The notes: generated by a model not told the origin, from the sequence alone. DNA of 37,348 nt from Clostridia bacterium (GCA_045643205.1 JAZUKI010000009.1:1-37348), one strand, 5' to 3'; shown: positions 17,488-27,525, counted from the first letter of the stretch. A program made the numbers and translations.

Positions 17488-18795
17488 TTATAAATCAAAA
17501 TCCTTTAATTGTTCTCTTAAGCCTGGTAATATAGCATCACATAATTCTTGTTTATCTATATCTAATTTCCATTCAAATCCTTCTCTTCTTAATTTGAATG
17601 TAACTTCTGTTCCAACTTTTTCGATTTCATCACTTGTTAATAATTCTTTTAAGTATGCATCAAGTTTTTCTTGAACTGCTGATGATTGTTGTGTTGAGAA
17701 TGCTGATTGAATTGATAGTGCAAATCCTCTGATGTAATATTTTTTGATAATCTTTCCAATGTTTTTATTAACTATTTTTACTCTAACATATCCATCAACG
17801 AAATCAGCTTTTTCTTCTACTATTTCATATTCCATGTTTTTGAAGAAATCTATGTAATCATCTTCGCCTTTTTTGCTGTTTTCAATAATTTCATTTGTTA
17901 AGCTGTAATCATCAGATTTGTTTTCATCTGTTGAATTGTTTGTGATTAATAAATCATTGATGCTAACTCCATCGTTTTCATCTTTTGCTTCATTTAATCC
18001 TAATGTGCTTCCTAAGTCTATTAATTCAATTTCAGTTGCTTTGTCTCCAGCTTTTAGTTTTTCTAAAGTATCTACGATTTTATCGTGTGCACTTACTTTT
18101 GAGAAGTACCATAATCCTAAAAAGATTGCTATTGCTATAACAATTAATACAATCATAGTAGTTATAACTTTTCTTCCGCTTTTTCTTGCTTTCTTTTCTT
18201 CTTGAATATCTTCTTCTACTTCTGTTTTATTATATGCTTTATTTACTTCAGCACTTACTGTTGTTGTTCCAAAAGAATTTGTTGTAACAGCTTCAATTGG
18301 TTCTTCAACTACTGTTTCTACTGGTGCTTCGTTAACTGCAACTTCGATATTTGCATTCTCTGTTTCAACATTTTCTTTTACTTCTAAATCATCATCGCTT
18401 ACTTTTACTTCTTCAACTTTCTTTGCTCTAGTTGATTTTTTTGCTGGTGCTTTTTTAGCAGTAGCTTTTGTTGTTTTAGTTGTCTTTGTTACTTTTGTAG
18501 CCTTTGTTGCTGTGGCTTTTTTAGTTGTAGTTTTTGTTGCTGTTTTCTTTGTTGTTTCTTTCTTTGCTGCTTCTTTTTTTGTAGTTACCTTTTTTGCAGG
18601 TGCTTTCTTTTCTGTAGCTTTTGCAGTTGCCTTTTTTGTAGTTGTTTTCTTTGCTGGAACTTTTTTCGCATCATCTTTTACTGATGTTGTTTTTTTCGCA
18701 GTTGTTTTTGCAACTTTTGTTGCTTTAGTATCAGCTTTTGCTGTACTAGTTTTCTTTGCTGGAACTTTCTTTTCTTTCTTTTCTTCGTCCATCAT
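17488..18795 (-). CDS. Single-pass membrane protein with histone-H1-like Lys/Ala/Thr-rich N-terminus
   Basis: About 120 aa of PAKK/TTKK repeats, an acidic linker, a TM helix (VITTMIVLIVIAIAIFLGLWYF) and an external domain. Confidence 0.9.
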   Translation of the reverse strand: MMDEEKKEKKVPAKKTSTAKADTKATKVAKTTAKKTTSVKDDAKKVPAKKTTTKKATAKATEKKAPAKKVTTKKEAAKKETTKKTATKTTTKKATATKATKVTKTTKTTKATAKKAPAKKSTRAKKVEEVKVSDDDLEVKENVETENANIEVAVNEAPVETVVEEPIEAVTTNSFGTTTVSAEVNKAYNKTEVEEDIQEEKKARKSGRKVITTMIVLIVIAIAIFLGLWYFSKVSAHDKIVDTLEKLKAGDKATEIELIDLGSTLGLNEAKDENDGVSINDLLITNNSTDENKSDDYSLTNEIIENSKKGEDDYIDFFKNMEYEIVEEKADFVDGYVRVKIVNKNIGKIIKKYYIRGFALSIQSAFSTQQSSAVQEKLDAYLKELLTSDEIEKVGTEVTFKLRREGFEWKLDIDKQELCDAILPGLREQLKDFDL

Positions 18796-18826
18796 GTGCC
18801 TCCTTAGTATTTATACTTTATTATAA

Positions 18827-19435
18827 CTAATTAACTGTTCTATCATTATTCAAATATTCTTTAACAGCAAGATATGCCATTATTGAAATTCCACCTCTAA
18901 TATAACCTAATCTTATTAATTCAGCAAATTCTTCAATTGTGATTTCTAATGCTGAAATATATTCATCATCATCTAAATTTTGTTCAGATGTTTTTTCACA
19001 ACCTTCTGCTAAATATATATAATTTATTGATTTACTTGATGCTTCATCTGGATAATATTCTACTAGTTTTGTAAATTTTTGACCTATGTAACCAGTTTCT
19101 TCAACTAGTTCTCTCTTGGCTACTTCTTCAGGATCTTCACCTTCTTCTATTAGCCCTGCTGGCACTTCAACAGAAACTCCGCCTTTTATTGCAACTCTTG
19201 GTTCTACAATTATTAGTATGTTGCCTTCTTTTGTAATTGGAAAAATTATAGCTCCGCTTCCATCTTTTCCTTGCTTTTTTATAATTTGTCGATTGATTGT
19301 TTCTCCGTTGTTTAAATCATATTCAGCTTCATCTACTGTGATAAAACCGCATTCGTATACTTTTTGGTCGTGTGTGTCTATTGTTTTATACTTTTCTTTT
19401 TCTTTTTCAATTATTTCTAAAATTTCTTTTCTCAT
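18827..19435 (-). CDS. Nudix hydrolase, ADP-ribose pyrophosphatase-like
   Basis: PAGLIEEGEDPEEVAKRELVEETGY Nudix box; LDDDEYI. Confidence 0.92.
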   Translation of the reverse strand: MRKEILEIIEKEKEKYKTIDTHDQKVYECGFITVDEAEYDLNNGETINRQIIKKQGKDGSGAIIFPITKEGNILIIVEPRVAIKGGVSVEVPAGLIEEGEDPEEVAKRELVEETGYIGQKFTKLVEYYPDEASSKSINYIYLAEGCEKTSEQNLDDDEYISALEITIEEFAELIRLGYIRGGISIMAYLAVKEYLNNDRTVN

Positions 19436-19458
19436 TTGAATTTCTCCCAGACTAAAAA

Positions 19459-20388
19459 TTAAATATCATCGTTTGATGCGTTTTTCTTTTCTGCCTTATC
19501 CATTTCTTCTAACTTCTTTAATTCTTGCAATTCTTCTTTGCTTGCAAAGTCTTTTGAAATACTCTTCTTTGTATCTTTTAAAACTTTTACTTCTTCTACT
19601 TTATACTTTTTGAAGTAATTGTTTCCATCTTCATCTTTTAATTTTACTCTTACTACTTGTCTTAAAGCTTCAACGCTTTCAACTGTTCCTTCTCCATCTT
19701 CTTCAGTTTTTACTAAAGCTCCTGGATGAGGTAATGTTTTTAATATGTCATCATAAACATCTTGCTCATATTTTAAGCAACACATTAATCTACCACATGC
19801 TCCTGTAATTTTTGAAGCATCTAGTGATAAGCTTTGTTCTTTTGCCATCTTTATAGATACACCATCAAATTTCTTTAAGAAAGAACAACAGCATAATTCT
19901 CTTCCGCACATTCCATATCCGCCAATTTTCTTAACTTCATCTCTTGTGCTGATTTGTCTTAATTCAATTCTTGTTCTAAATACACTTGCTAAATCTTTTA
20001 CTAAATCTCTGAAGTCAATTCTGTTATCTGCAGTAAAAGAGAAAATCAATTTTGAGTTATCGAATAAATATTTTACTTCTGTTAATGTCATCTCAAGATT
20101 GTGCTCTTTTATTTTCTTTTTGCAAATTTCAAATGCTTCAGCATTTTTCTTTTCGTTTTCTGCTTGATGTTTTTTATCGTTTTCATCAGCAAGTTTAATT
20201 ATCTTTTTTAATGGTTCGGCACCTTTGCTTTCATCAACTAATTTTCCTAATGAAACTATAGTACCAAATTCAGGTCCCATTCTTGTTTCAGTGATAACTT
20301 GATCACCTATTTTTAATTCTATGTTGTTTGGATTGAAATAATAGATTCTTCCATTATCACTAAATCTTACCCCTGCAGCTTTAACCAT
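19459..20388 (-). CDS. ricT: PSP1-domain protein YaaT/RicT
   Basis: RIDFRDLVKDLA, RIELRQI, GMCGRELCC and GACGRLMCCLKYE motifs; follows holB as in Bacillus. Confidence 0.93.
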   Translation of the reverse strand: MVKAAGVRFSDNGRIYYFNPNNIELKIGDQVITETRMGPEFGTIVSLGKLVDESKGAEPLKKIIKLADENDKKHQAENEKKNAEAFEICKKKIKEHNLEMTLTEVKYLFDNSKLIFSFTADNRIDFRDLVKDLASVFRTRIELRQISTRDEVKKIGGYGMCGRELCCCSFLKKFDGVSIKMAKEQSLSLDASKITGACGRLMCCLKYEQDVYDDILKTLPHPGALVKTEEDGEGTVESVEALRQVVRVKLKDEDGNNYFKKYKVEEVKVLKDTKKSISKDFASKEELQELKKLEEMDKAEKKNASNDDI

Positions 20389-20465
20389 TTATTTTCCTTT
20401 CTAATCATTAGACTTATTTAATAGTTCTTTTCGCTATTAAACATTTTCTTTCGTAACTATTTCTT

Positions 20466-21323
20466 TTAATGTACTGATTTCCATGCATTCATTAATAGAT
20501 AATCAATACTCATTTCATAATTGTTGTTCATCAACAATTTTTGTTTTGTTTTTTCAACATATTTTATTGCATCAATCATATTATTTTTGAAGAACAATAT
20601 GTTCATGTACTCTAAATATGAGTTTATATTATCTTTACCATTGTATAAAACATCTGCCTCTTTTAATAATTCTTGTAATGGCTTACTTTTAATTTCTTGT
20701 ATTAGCTGTTTTATCGCTTCGTAATCCACAATGTTTGCTTGAATTGTGGAATCATTACTCATACTTCCATCTAAAATTTCAATTAATTCATCTGAAATTT
20801 CAGGATTTATTTTCTTTATGTCTTCTTGTTTTAATTTATTAAAACTTACTTTTATGCATCTTGATTTGATTGTTGGTAAAATGATGTTTTCATTTTCTAC
20901 TATTAAAATAATTGTAACGTATTCTGCTGGTTCTTCTAATGTTTTTAATAAACTATTTTGGCTTTCTGGATTCATCTTGTCTGCATCATTTATGATGTAA
21001 ACTTTTTTGCTTGATATTACTGGTTTTACTGAAATCTTTTCTAAAAGTGTTCTTACTTGTGCAATTTTTATTAGATTGCCTTCTGGCTCAACTTCAAAGA
21101 AATCAGTATGTGTACCTGCATCAAACTTAATGCAAGAATCACAATCACCTTTGCAATTTTCTTTATCCAAGCATAATAATTTTTTAGCGAATTCTTTTGC
21201 AAACAATCTTTTTCCAATGCCTGATTTTCCAACAAACATATAGCTGTGAGAAGCATTGTTTAATTCAATTGTTTTTTCTAAATATTTTTTTACTTCAGTA
21301 TTTCCAACTAAATTGTCAAACAA
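20466..21323 (-). CDS. holB: DNA polymerase III delta' subunit
   Basis: SHSYMFVGKSGIGK, Cys cluster, NSLLKTLEEP and TIKSRC; TTG start with GGAGGAG RBS. Confidence 0.93.
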   Translation of the reverse strand: MFDNLVGNTEVKKYLEKTIELNNASHSYMFVGKSGIGKRLFAKEFAKKLLCLDKENCKGDCDSCIKFDAGTHTDFFEVEPEGNLIKIAQVRTLLEKISVKPVISSKKVYIINDADKMNPESQNSLLKTLEEPAEYVTIILIVENENIILPTIKSRCIKVSFNKLKQEDIKKINPEISDELIEILDGSMSNDSTIQANIVDYEAIKQLIQEIKSKPLQELLKEADVLYNGKDNINSYLEYMNILFFKNNMIDAIKYVEKTKQKLLMNNNYEMSIDYLLMNAWKSVH

Positions 21324-21338
21324 TTTTCTCCTCCACTA

Positions 21339-21455
21339 TATTATTTTATTTTATTTAAATTTAATTTTAATTTAATTCTAATTTAATTTAGATTTTAATT
21401 TAATCAAACTTAATTTAAATTTATTTTTGCACTTTGATTTTTATTTTAATTTTTA
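21339..21455. repeat. Extremely AT-rich low-complexity spacer (TTTAA-like units)
   Basis: About 115 nt almost free of G/C, with repeated TTTAAT/ATTTA units. Confidence 0.7.
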
Positions 21456-22325
21456 TTATTCTACTCCACCGAATTTATCAAATGGGAAGAATCTTAAAAC
21501 TACTTTTGATTCTATTTTATCGATTGGTACACAACCAAATGCTCTACAATCAAGTGATACAGCTCTATTATCTCCCATTGCAAATACATAACCATCTGGA
21601 ACTACAAAATCATTATAGTTGTCTGAATATGTTTCTGTTCCTTCTGGTAAATAGTCTTCTATTAATTGATGACCATTTACATATACTTTTCCTTCTTTGA
21701 TTACTACATGATCCCCAGCAGTTGCGACTATTCTTTTAATGAAACTTGTTTTTCCAATTTCTAAAACATAATATTTGAATGCTTCAAATGGATTTTCTGG
21801 TTCTTCTTCATATTTTGCAACTGGATTATTTTGATCTATGCTAACTTGTTGTACTGAATCATTTGATGGTGCTGTAAATGTAATGATATCGCCTTTTTCA
21901 TATTCTTGATGAAATGTTCTACAAATTCTATTTAAGATTAATCTATCACCTGGTTTTAATGTTGGATACATTGATTCTTGTTGAACTACTGTAGGTGTTC
22001 CTACAAAGAATTTTATTAAAATTGCTATTACTACTGCAATTACAATGCAATAAACCCATTCAAGAATTGCTTTAACTTTTGGATTCATGCTTCTCTTTGC
22101 TTTTGGTCTATCTGAATTTTCTTCTTCAATGTCTCCAAATTTATCAACTTTATTATCATTGTGCTCATCATGTGCTGAATCTACATCGTTTGATTGAGTT
22201 TCAACTGTGCTTGTTGTAGCTGTGTCTGTTGATTCTACGTTGCTTGGTTGAATTACTTCTGGCTCAACTGAATTTGTTGTTTGATCCATTATTTCATTAT
22301 TTTCATCTAAATTACTTTTTCTCAT
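21456..22325 (-). CDS. lepB: Signal peptidase I with long acidic N-terminal extension
   Basis: ESMYPTL (Ser), FIKRIV (Lys) and GDNRAVSLDCR motifs; one TM helix. Confidence 0.95.
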   Translation of the reverse strand: MRKSNLDENNEIMDQTTNSVEPEVIQPSNVESTDTATTSTVETQSNDVDSAHDEHNDNKVDKFGDIEEENSDRPKAKRSMNPKVKAILEWVYCIVIAVVIAILIKFFVGTPTVVQQESMYPTLKPGDRLILNRICRTFHQEYEKGDIITFTAPSNDSVQQVSIDQNNPVAKYEEEPENPFEAFKYYVLEIGKTSFIKRIVATAGDHVVIKEGKVYVNGHQLIEDYLPEGTETYSDNYNDFVVPDGYVFAMGDNRAVSLDCRAFGCVPIDKIESKVVLRFFPFDKFGGVE

Positions 22326-22330
22326 GTTTT

Positions 22331-23707
22331 TTATATATCCTTATCCTTTTCGTTTTTAATTGGAACTTGAATAATTACTTCTGTACCTTTTCCTGTTTCG
22401 CTCTTTATTTCAATATTTCCACCGTTTTGCTCTATGATTTGTTTTGCGATAGAAAGTCCTAATCCTGTTCCGCCCATTTCTCTTGAACGTGCTTTGTCTA
22501 CTCTATAAAATCTATCGAATATTCTGTCTAAATCTTTTCTTGCAATTCCGATTCCTGTATCTTTGATTTTAATGTATGCTATGTTTCTGAATGATCCTAC
22601 ATATACATCGATTGAACCGCCTTCTGGAGTGTACTTAACACTATTACTTATAATGTTTATGATAACTCTTTCTAGTCCATCATAGTCTCCTCTTATTTCA
22701 GGAACGTTTGATGTTACATAGCTGTTTAATCTTTGACCTTTTCTTTGAACTTCAATTTCAAATTTTTCTACACAACTTTTTGTTAGTTTTCCAATATCGA
22801 ATGTTGAAATTTTTATTTCTGTCTTTTTATCATATTTTGAAAGTGTTAATAGGTCTTGAACAAGTTTCTCCATACGTTCTGCATTTTCATAAATTACTTT
22901 GATAAAGTGATTTACAGTTTCTGCATCTTGAACACCATCAAGCAATGTTTCTGAGAATCCTTTGATTGATGTTAGTGGAGTTTTTAATTCATGTGATACA
23001 TCTGCTACGAAACGTTTTCTCATATCGTCGTTTTTGATAGTGTTTGTTATATCATGAATTATTGTCATAAGACCTGTAGGTCTATTTATTTCATCCTTAA
23101 ATGGAACAAATATTAATGTCATTGTTCCTACGTTATTTGTTATGTTGTTGTCTGATGATGTGAAGTTGTCTAAGTAAATTATTTTTTCCATGTTGTAATC
23201 ATCTTTGTTTTCTCTGAATTTAGAAAATATTTTTGTGAATGTATCGTCTGTATCTCTAAGTTCTAGTAAATACTTTGCTCTAGGATTGATGTAATTTACT
23301 GTTCCATCGATATCGAATGAAATAACTCCATCATCTAAGTGATTTAAAATTGTACTAATTTCTGTTTTTTGTTTGTCTGTATCTCTTAATCTGTACTGTA
23401 ATTCGCTAACAAGTGCATTTAATTCTGACTCGTTTTTTGGCATCTTATCAATTGGTGTTAGATTTGCACTCTTTAACATTCTTGATGTTGGAACTATTAT
23501 TTTCAACTGTGTGAAAATTGCTACAACTATAAATATTAATGAACAAGCGCATAATGCAATAAAAGCAATAATACCAATCTTGGTAATTATTGCTTCGTTG
23601 CCTATTGTATTACCTATTACAATTGATATAGTAAACCACATTACTAAAATTGCTAAAGTACAAATTAGATCTGACAAAAGAATATATCTAAAATGATAAT
23701 TTTTCAT
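22331..23707 (-). CDS. PAS-containing sensor histidine kinase, WalK/PhoR-like
   Basis: Two TM helices, PAS region (ILNHLDDGVISFD), H-box DVSHELKTPLT, IFDRFYRVDKARSREMGGTGLGLSI. Confidence 0.93.
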   Translation of the reverse strand: MKNYHFRYILLSDLICTLAILVMWFTISIVIGNTIGNEAIITKIGIIAFIALCACSLIFIVVAIFTQLKIIVPTSRMLKSANLTPIDKMPKNESELNALVSELQYRLRDTDKQKTEISTILNHLDDGVISFDIDGTVNYINPRAKYLLELRDTDDTFTKIFSKFRENKDDYNMEKIIYLDNFTSSDNNITNNVGTMTLIFVPFKDEINRPTGLMTIIHDITNTIKNDDMRKRFVADVSHELKTPLTSIKGFSETLLDGVQDAETVNHFIKVIYENAERMEKLVQDLLTLSKYDKKTEIKISTFDIGKLTKSCVEKFEIEVQRKGQRLNSYVTSNVPEIRGDYDGLERVIINIISNSVKYTPEGGSIDVYVGSFRNIAYIKIKDTGIGIARKDLDRIFDRFYRVDKARSREMGGTGLGLSIAKQIIEQNGGNIEIKSETGKGTEVIIQVPIKNEKDKDI

Positions 23708-23749
23708 AATATGCCTCTTAATCTAATTAATGGTTTTGTTTTATATTAA

Positions 23750-24499
23750 CTATTTATTAGCTATATAATATCCTACTCCTCTTTTTGTAATTAAAATTTT
23801 AGGGTTTGCAGTATTCTTTTCAATTTTTTCTCTAATTCTTCTTACAGTAACATCAACTGTTCTGATGTCTCCATAATATTCGTAGCCCCATACTTTTTCA
23901 AGTAAGTCTTCTCTTGTTACTACTTGTCCTGGTTTTTGAGCTAAGTATTTTAATACTTCAAATTCTCTTCTTGTTAAGTCAGAAATTACTTCGCCTCTAA
24001 CGTTAACTTCGAATTTATCTAAATCTAATGTCATGCTTCCAACATCGATTTTATTGTCTCTTCTTGAAGCCATAACTGTTGCAGCTTGATCAGCTTTTCT
24101 AAGATTAGCTTTAATTCTTGCAGTTAATTCTCTTGTACTAAATGGTTTAGTCATGTAATCATCTGCACCAATTTCTAATCCTAAAATTTTATCAATTTCT
24201 TCACTTCTTGCAGAAAGCATAATGATTGGTGTGTTAACGTTTTCTTGTCTTAATCTTCTACAAACTGTTAAGCCATCTTGTTTTGGTAACATTACGTCAA
24301 GAATAATAACATCTGGTTTTAATTCCATAGCTTTCTTAAAGCCGTCTTCTCCGTTAGTTGCTGTTTCTACTTGATATCCTTCTTTTTCAATATTGAATTT
24401 TAATAAGTCTAATATTGATTCTTCATCATCTACAGCAAGAATTAATTTTTTCTCTTCTTCATTTGTAACTTCATTTGCGACAATATTTTCGTTCTCCAT
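23750..24499 (-). CDS. OmpR-family response regulator, WalR/YycF-like
   Basis: VDDE, LDVMLP, GADDYMTKPF, VWGYEYYGDIRTVDVTVRRIREKIE and TKRGVGY, close to the YycF signature. Confidence 0.93.
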   Translation of the reverse strand: MENENIVANEVTNEEEKKLILAVDDEESILDLLKFNIEKEGYQVETATNGEDGFKKAMELKPDVIILDVMLPKQDGLTVCRRLRQENVNTPIIMLSARSEEIDKILGLEIGADDYMTKPFSTRELTARIKANLRKADQAATVMASRRDNKIDVGSMTLDLDKFEVNVRGEVISDLTRREFEVLKYLAQKPGQVVTREDLLEKVWGYEYYGDIRTVDVTVRRIREKIEKNTANPKILITKRGVGYYIANK

Positions 24500-24595
24500 T
24501 TTTACGCTTTCCTTTCGTTTATTTTGTTTTGAAAAAAATGCTCTTAAATACTCTTTTTTTATATCATATTAGTGCGTATTTATCAATAAAAAAAG

Positions 24596-24656
24596 ACAAA
24601 AAAATTACAGCCTAATTATCAATTTGTAAATTAAAAAATTAAACTGTAATTTTTGT
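24596..24656 (-). terminator. Probable terminator downstream of exoA
   Basis: AAAAATTACAG/CTGTAATTTTT inverted repeat with T-run; loop is large and AT-rich. Confidence 0.5.
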
Positions 24657-24762
24657 AATTATTAATTTATCTATTATGTAAACAATGTTTTAAAGTGGCT
24701 GTGTTGCCCTTTTTACAAATGTTTGTTGAATTACTATCATTTAGTGTTTAAACATTACGTTT

Positions 24763-25554
24763 TTAAATATCTAATTCTAACTCTATTGGACAGTGATCAC
24801 TTCCTAAAACTTCTTGATGAATTTTTGCGTCAACTATCTTGTCTTTTATTCTATCTGAAACTATAAAGTAATCAATTCTCCATCCTGTGTTTTTTTCACG
24901 TGCATGGAACATATAACTCCACCATGTGTATTCTTCTGCTTTTTCTGGATATTTATATCTAAATGTATCAATGAAATTGTTTTCTAAAAGTTCTGTCATC
25001 TTTTCTCTTTCTTCATCTGTAAATCCTGCGTTGTGATGATTACTACTTGGATTTTTTAAATCAATTTCTTTGTGTGCTACATTTAAATCTCCACAATAAA
25101 CAATTGGTTTCTTGCTATCTAAAAGCTTTAAATAATTTCTTATAGCATCTTCCCAAACTATTCTATAATCAAGTCTTTCAAGTTCTCTTTTAGAATTTGG
25201 AATATAACAATTTACTAAATAAATTTTTTCATATTCGATTGTAATTATTCTTCCTTCATTGTCTTCTGTTAAAATTTTTAGCTCATCATTATTTTTAAAT
25301 TCATCAATAATTCCACGTGTTATTTTTATTGGTTCTTCTTTAAGAAACACTGCTGTTCCTGAGTATCCCTTTTTCTCTGCACTATTGAAATATTGATTTT
25401 TTCTAAGACTTGTTATGTCTAAATCTATTTGATCTTCTTGCATTTTTGTTTCTTGAATACAGAATGCATCTGCATCAATTTCTTCAAAGAATTCTTTGAA
25501 ACCTTTTGTCATGGCTGCTCTTAAGCCATTAACATTCCAAGAAATAAATTTCAT
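24763..25554 (-). CDS. xth: Exodeoxyribonuclease III / AP endonuclease
   Basis: SWNVNGLRA, IQETK, GDLNVAH, GWRIDYF and GSDHCP motifs; start at MKFISWN. Confidence 0.96.
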   Translation of the reverse strand: MKFISWNVNGLRAAMTKGFKEFFEEIDADAFCIQETKMQEDQIDLDITSLRKNQYFNSAEKKGYSGTAVFLKEEPIKITRGIIDEFKNNDELKILTEDNEGRIITIEYEKIYLVNCYIPNSKRELERLDYRIVWEDAIRNYLKLLDSKKPIVYCGDLNVAHKEIDLKNPSSNHHNAGFTDEEREKMTELLENNFIDTFRYKYPEKAEEYTWWSYMFHAREKNTGWRIDYFIVSDRIKDKIVDAKIHQEVLGSDHCPIELELDI

Positions 25555-25620
25555 TTTTATACCTCTCATTTTTATTCTATATTTTTCTATTATATATAGA
25601 ATAAAAAGTCAATATGATTT

Positions 25621-25652
25621 AAAAAAAGAGTAATGCAAAATGCACTACTCTT
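25621..25652 (-). terminator. Intrinsic terminator of the yabE-like gene
   Basis: AAGAGTA.TGCA/TGCA.TACTCTT stem with T-run. Confidence 0.85.
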
Positions 25653-25673
25653 AAAGTTCTTATTTAATTAATT

Positions 25674-26687
25674 TTACATTGGGTTGAAATAATAGTTTCC
25701 ACCGATGTTTGTTGAACCACTTACATAATATCCTCTGAATGATAAGAAGTTGTGGTTACGTTTTCCATTTAAGGCATCTTTAACTGCTCTTTTTACATGT
25801 TCTGGAACATTTCCGCCTAAGTATTTTACCCAGTGTCTGTCGATTGAATAACAGAATTGGTTCTTTGCACAATATTGACTTAATGGGTCTGTTCCGTTTC
25901 TTCTCCATCTAGCACTCTCTGCTCTGTTACAAGCACATGTTATAACTGCTAATGAAGCTTCGTAACTTGATCCTGCTTCTTGTCTTGTTATTGCATATAA
26001 TAAGTTCATATCTTCTTCGTTATAAGTCCAAGTTCCTGCACCTGTTCTAACAACAGATCCTCTTGAAGTTATCATTGTTCTAACTTCAACTACTTTATCA
26101 ACTTTTTCTTTTATAACCTTTTCAGATAAAACTGTTTTTTCTATTTCAGTACCATTTTGATATTTAATTTTATATGTTACTTCTTTTAATCCGTTAACTC
26201 CTGCAGTAACGACTCTATTAGTTGTAGTTGCTGATCCTCCTGATACATCTTTTGTGATTGTTTCAAAAGGTATTTGCTCTTCAACTTTAACTATTTTTTC
26301 AATTATTTGAGAGTAACTTTGAAGAATTTCTTCTTCTGAGAAATAATCCTCTGCCTTTTTTTCTTGTTTCTCCTCATTTTTTTCTTTAGTAATAATAATT
26401 TGACGATTGTTATCTTCAATGTCAGAATTTAAATCAGGAGTAACTGTTTCACCATCTAATATAGTAACATTATTTTCCTTAAGTATTTTTGAAACTCTTG
26501 TTGATGTGGTCATTACTTTCATTTCATATCCACTTGATAGTATGATTTTAATGCTTTTTACTTGATCGTTTGATGCTAAAACACCCATCATTCCCATCAT
26601 CATCATGAATATTGTTACGATTGCTACCACCTTCTTAAAGGAAAATCTTGCTCTAGGCTTAGCGGTTTCAGCTACGTGTATCCTCAT
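25674..26687 (-). CDS. YabE-like protein: TM, DUF348-like, G5 and SleB-type cell-wall hydrolase domains
   Basis: ATG 26687 after AGGAGG; G5 (EQIPFETI...GVNGLKEVTY...VDKVVEV); LLYAITRQEAG...LAV...NR...NQF hydrolase pattern; directly after tatD. Confidence 0.85.
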   Translation of the reverse strand: MRIHVAETAKPRARFSFKKVVAIVTIFMMMMGMMGVLASNDQVKSIKIILSSGYEMKVMTTSTRVSKILKENNVTILDGETVTPDLNSDIEDNNRQIIITKEKNEEKQEKKAEDYFSEEEILQSYSQIIEKIVKVEEQIPFETITKDVSGGSATTTNRVVTAGVNGLKEVTYKIKYQNGTEIEKTVLSEKVIKEKVDKVVEVRTMITSRGSVVRTGAGTWTYNEEDMNLLYAITRQEAGSSYEASLAVITCACNRAESARWRRNGTDPLSQYCAKNQFCYSIDRHWVKYLGGNVPEHVKRAVKDALNGKRNHNFLSFRGYYVSGSTNIGGNYYFNPM

Positions 26688-26733
26688 AAAACCTCCTTGC
26701 AAGCATTTTTCATGCTTTAAGCGTAACAAAAAT

Positions 26734-26762
26734 ATTATAGCATTATTACAATTAAATGTCAA
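26734..26762 (-). promoter_or_regulatory. Consensus sigma-A promoter of the yabE-like gene, overlapping the tatD stop
   Basis: TTGACA-17 nt-TATAAT with extended -10 TG. Confidence 0.88.
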
Positions 26763-27516
26763 TTTTGTAAAGGTTGATTGTGTTGTTGTATGAAAGCCTT
26801 GCGATTTCTTCTTTTGAAAGACCTTTGAACTCTGAAAGCTTATCTACTATGTATTGTAGGTTTCTCGAGTCGTTTCTTTTGCCTCTATTAGGCACTGGAG
26901 AAAGGTAAGGACTATCAGTCTCAATAGTGAATCTGTCATTTGGAACCATCTTTGCTATTTCTTCTGCATTTGAGTTCTTAAATGTACAAACTCCAGAAAA
27001 TGATATGTAAAATCCTAATTTTAGTGCTTCTTTTACTAATTCTCTGTTGAATGGACAGCAATGAAATACTCCTTTTTGTTTTACTGGATGTTCCTTTAAT
27101 ATTTGAATTGTATCCATTACTGCATCTCTTGTGTGAATTGTTATTGGTAAATTGTATTTATTTGCAAGCTCAATTTGTTTGATAAAAGCCTGCTTTTGAA
27201 TTGTTTTATCTGTATCATAGTGGTAGTCGAGTCCTATTTCTCCTACTGCTAGAACTTTTTGCTTATCTAATAATTCTTCTATTTTATTTATGTTTTCTTC
27301 CCAATTTTCATCTAAATCATTTGGTGAAATTCCAGCTGTTGCATATATGAAATCATATTTTTTTGTTAATTCATATGCATTAAATGATCCTTCTAAGCTA
27401 TAGCCATTGCATACAATTTTAGTGACTCCAAAATCATATATTGCCTTTATTAGCTCATCTCTGTCTTCATCAAATTGCTCATCATCATAATGTGCATGTG
27501 CATCAAAATATTCCAT
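26752..27516 (-). CDS. tatD: TatD-family DNase (YabD)
   Basis: DAHAH, VGEIGLDYHY, IHTRDA, FHC and ETDSPYLSP motifs. Confidence 0.95.
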   Translation of the reverse strand: MEYFDAHAHYDDEQFDEDRDELIKAIYDFGVTKIVCNGYSLEGSFNAYELTKKYDFIYATAGISPNDLDENWEENINKIEELLDKQKVLAVGEIGLDYHYDTDKTIQKQAFIKQIELANKYNLPITIHTRDAVMDTIQILKEHPVKQKGVFHCCPFNRELVKEALKLGFYISFSGVCTFKNSNAEEIAKMVPNDRFTIETDSPYLSPVPNRGKRNDSRNLQYIVDKLSEFKGLSKEEIARLSYNNTINLYKIDI

Positions 27517-27525
27517 TCTTTGCTC

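Noticed and set aside
26594-26606. (ATG)4 repeat giving poly-Met in the YabE-like TM segment as a phase-variation tract
   Set aside because: It is a short in-frame triplet repeat that cannot shift the reading frame.
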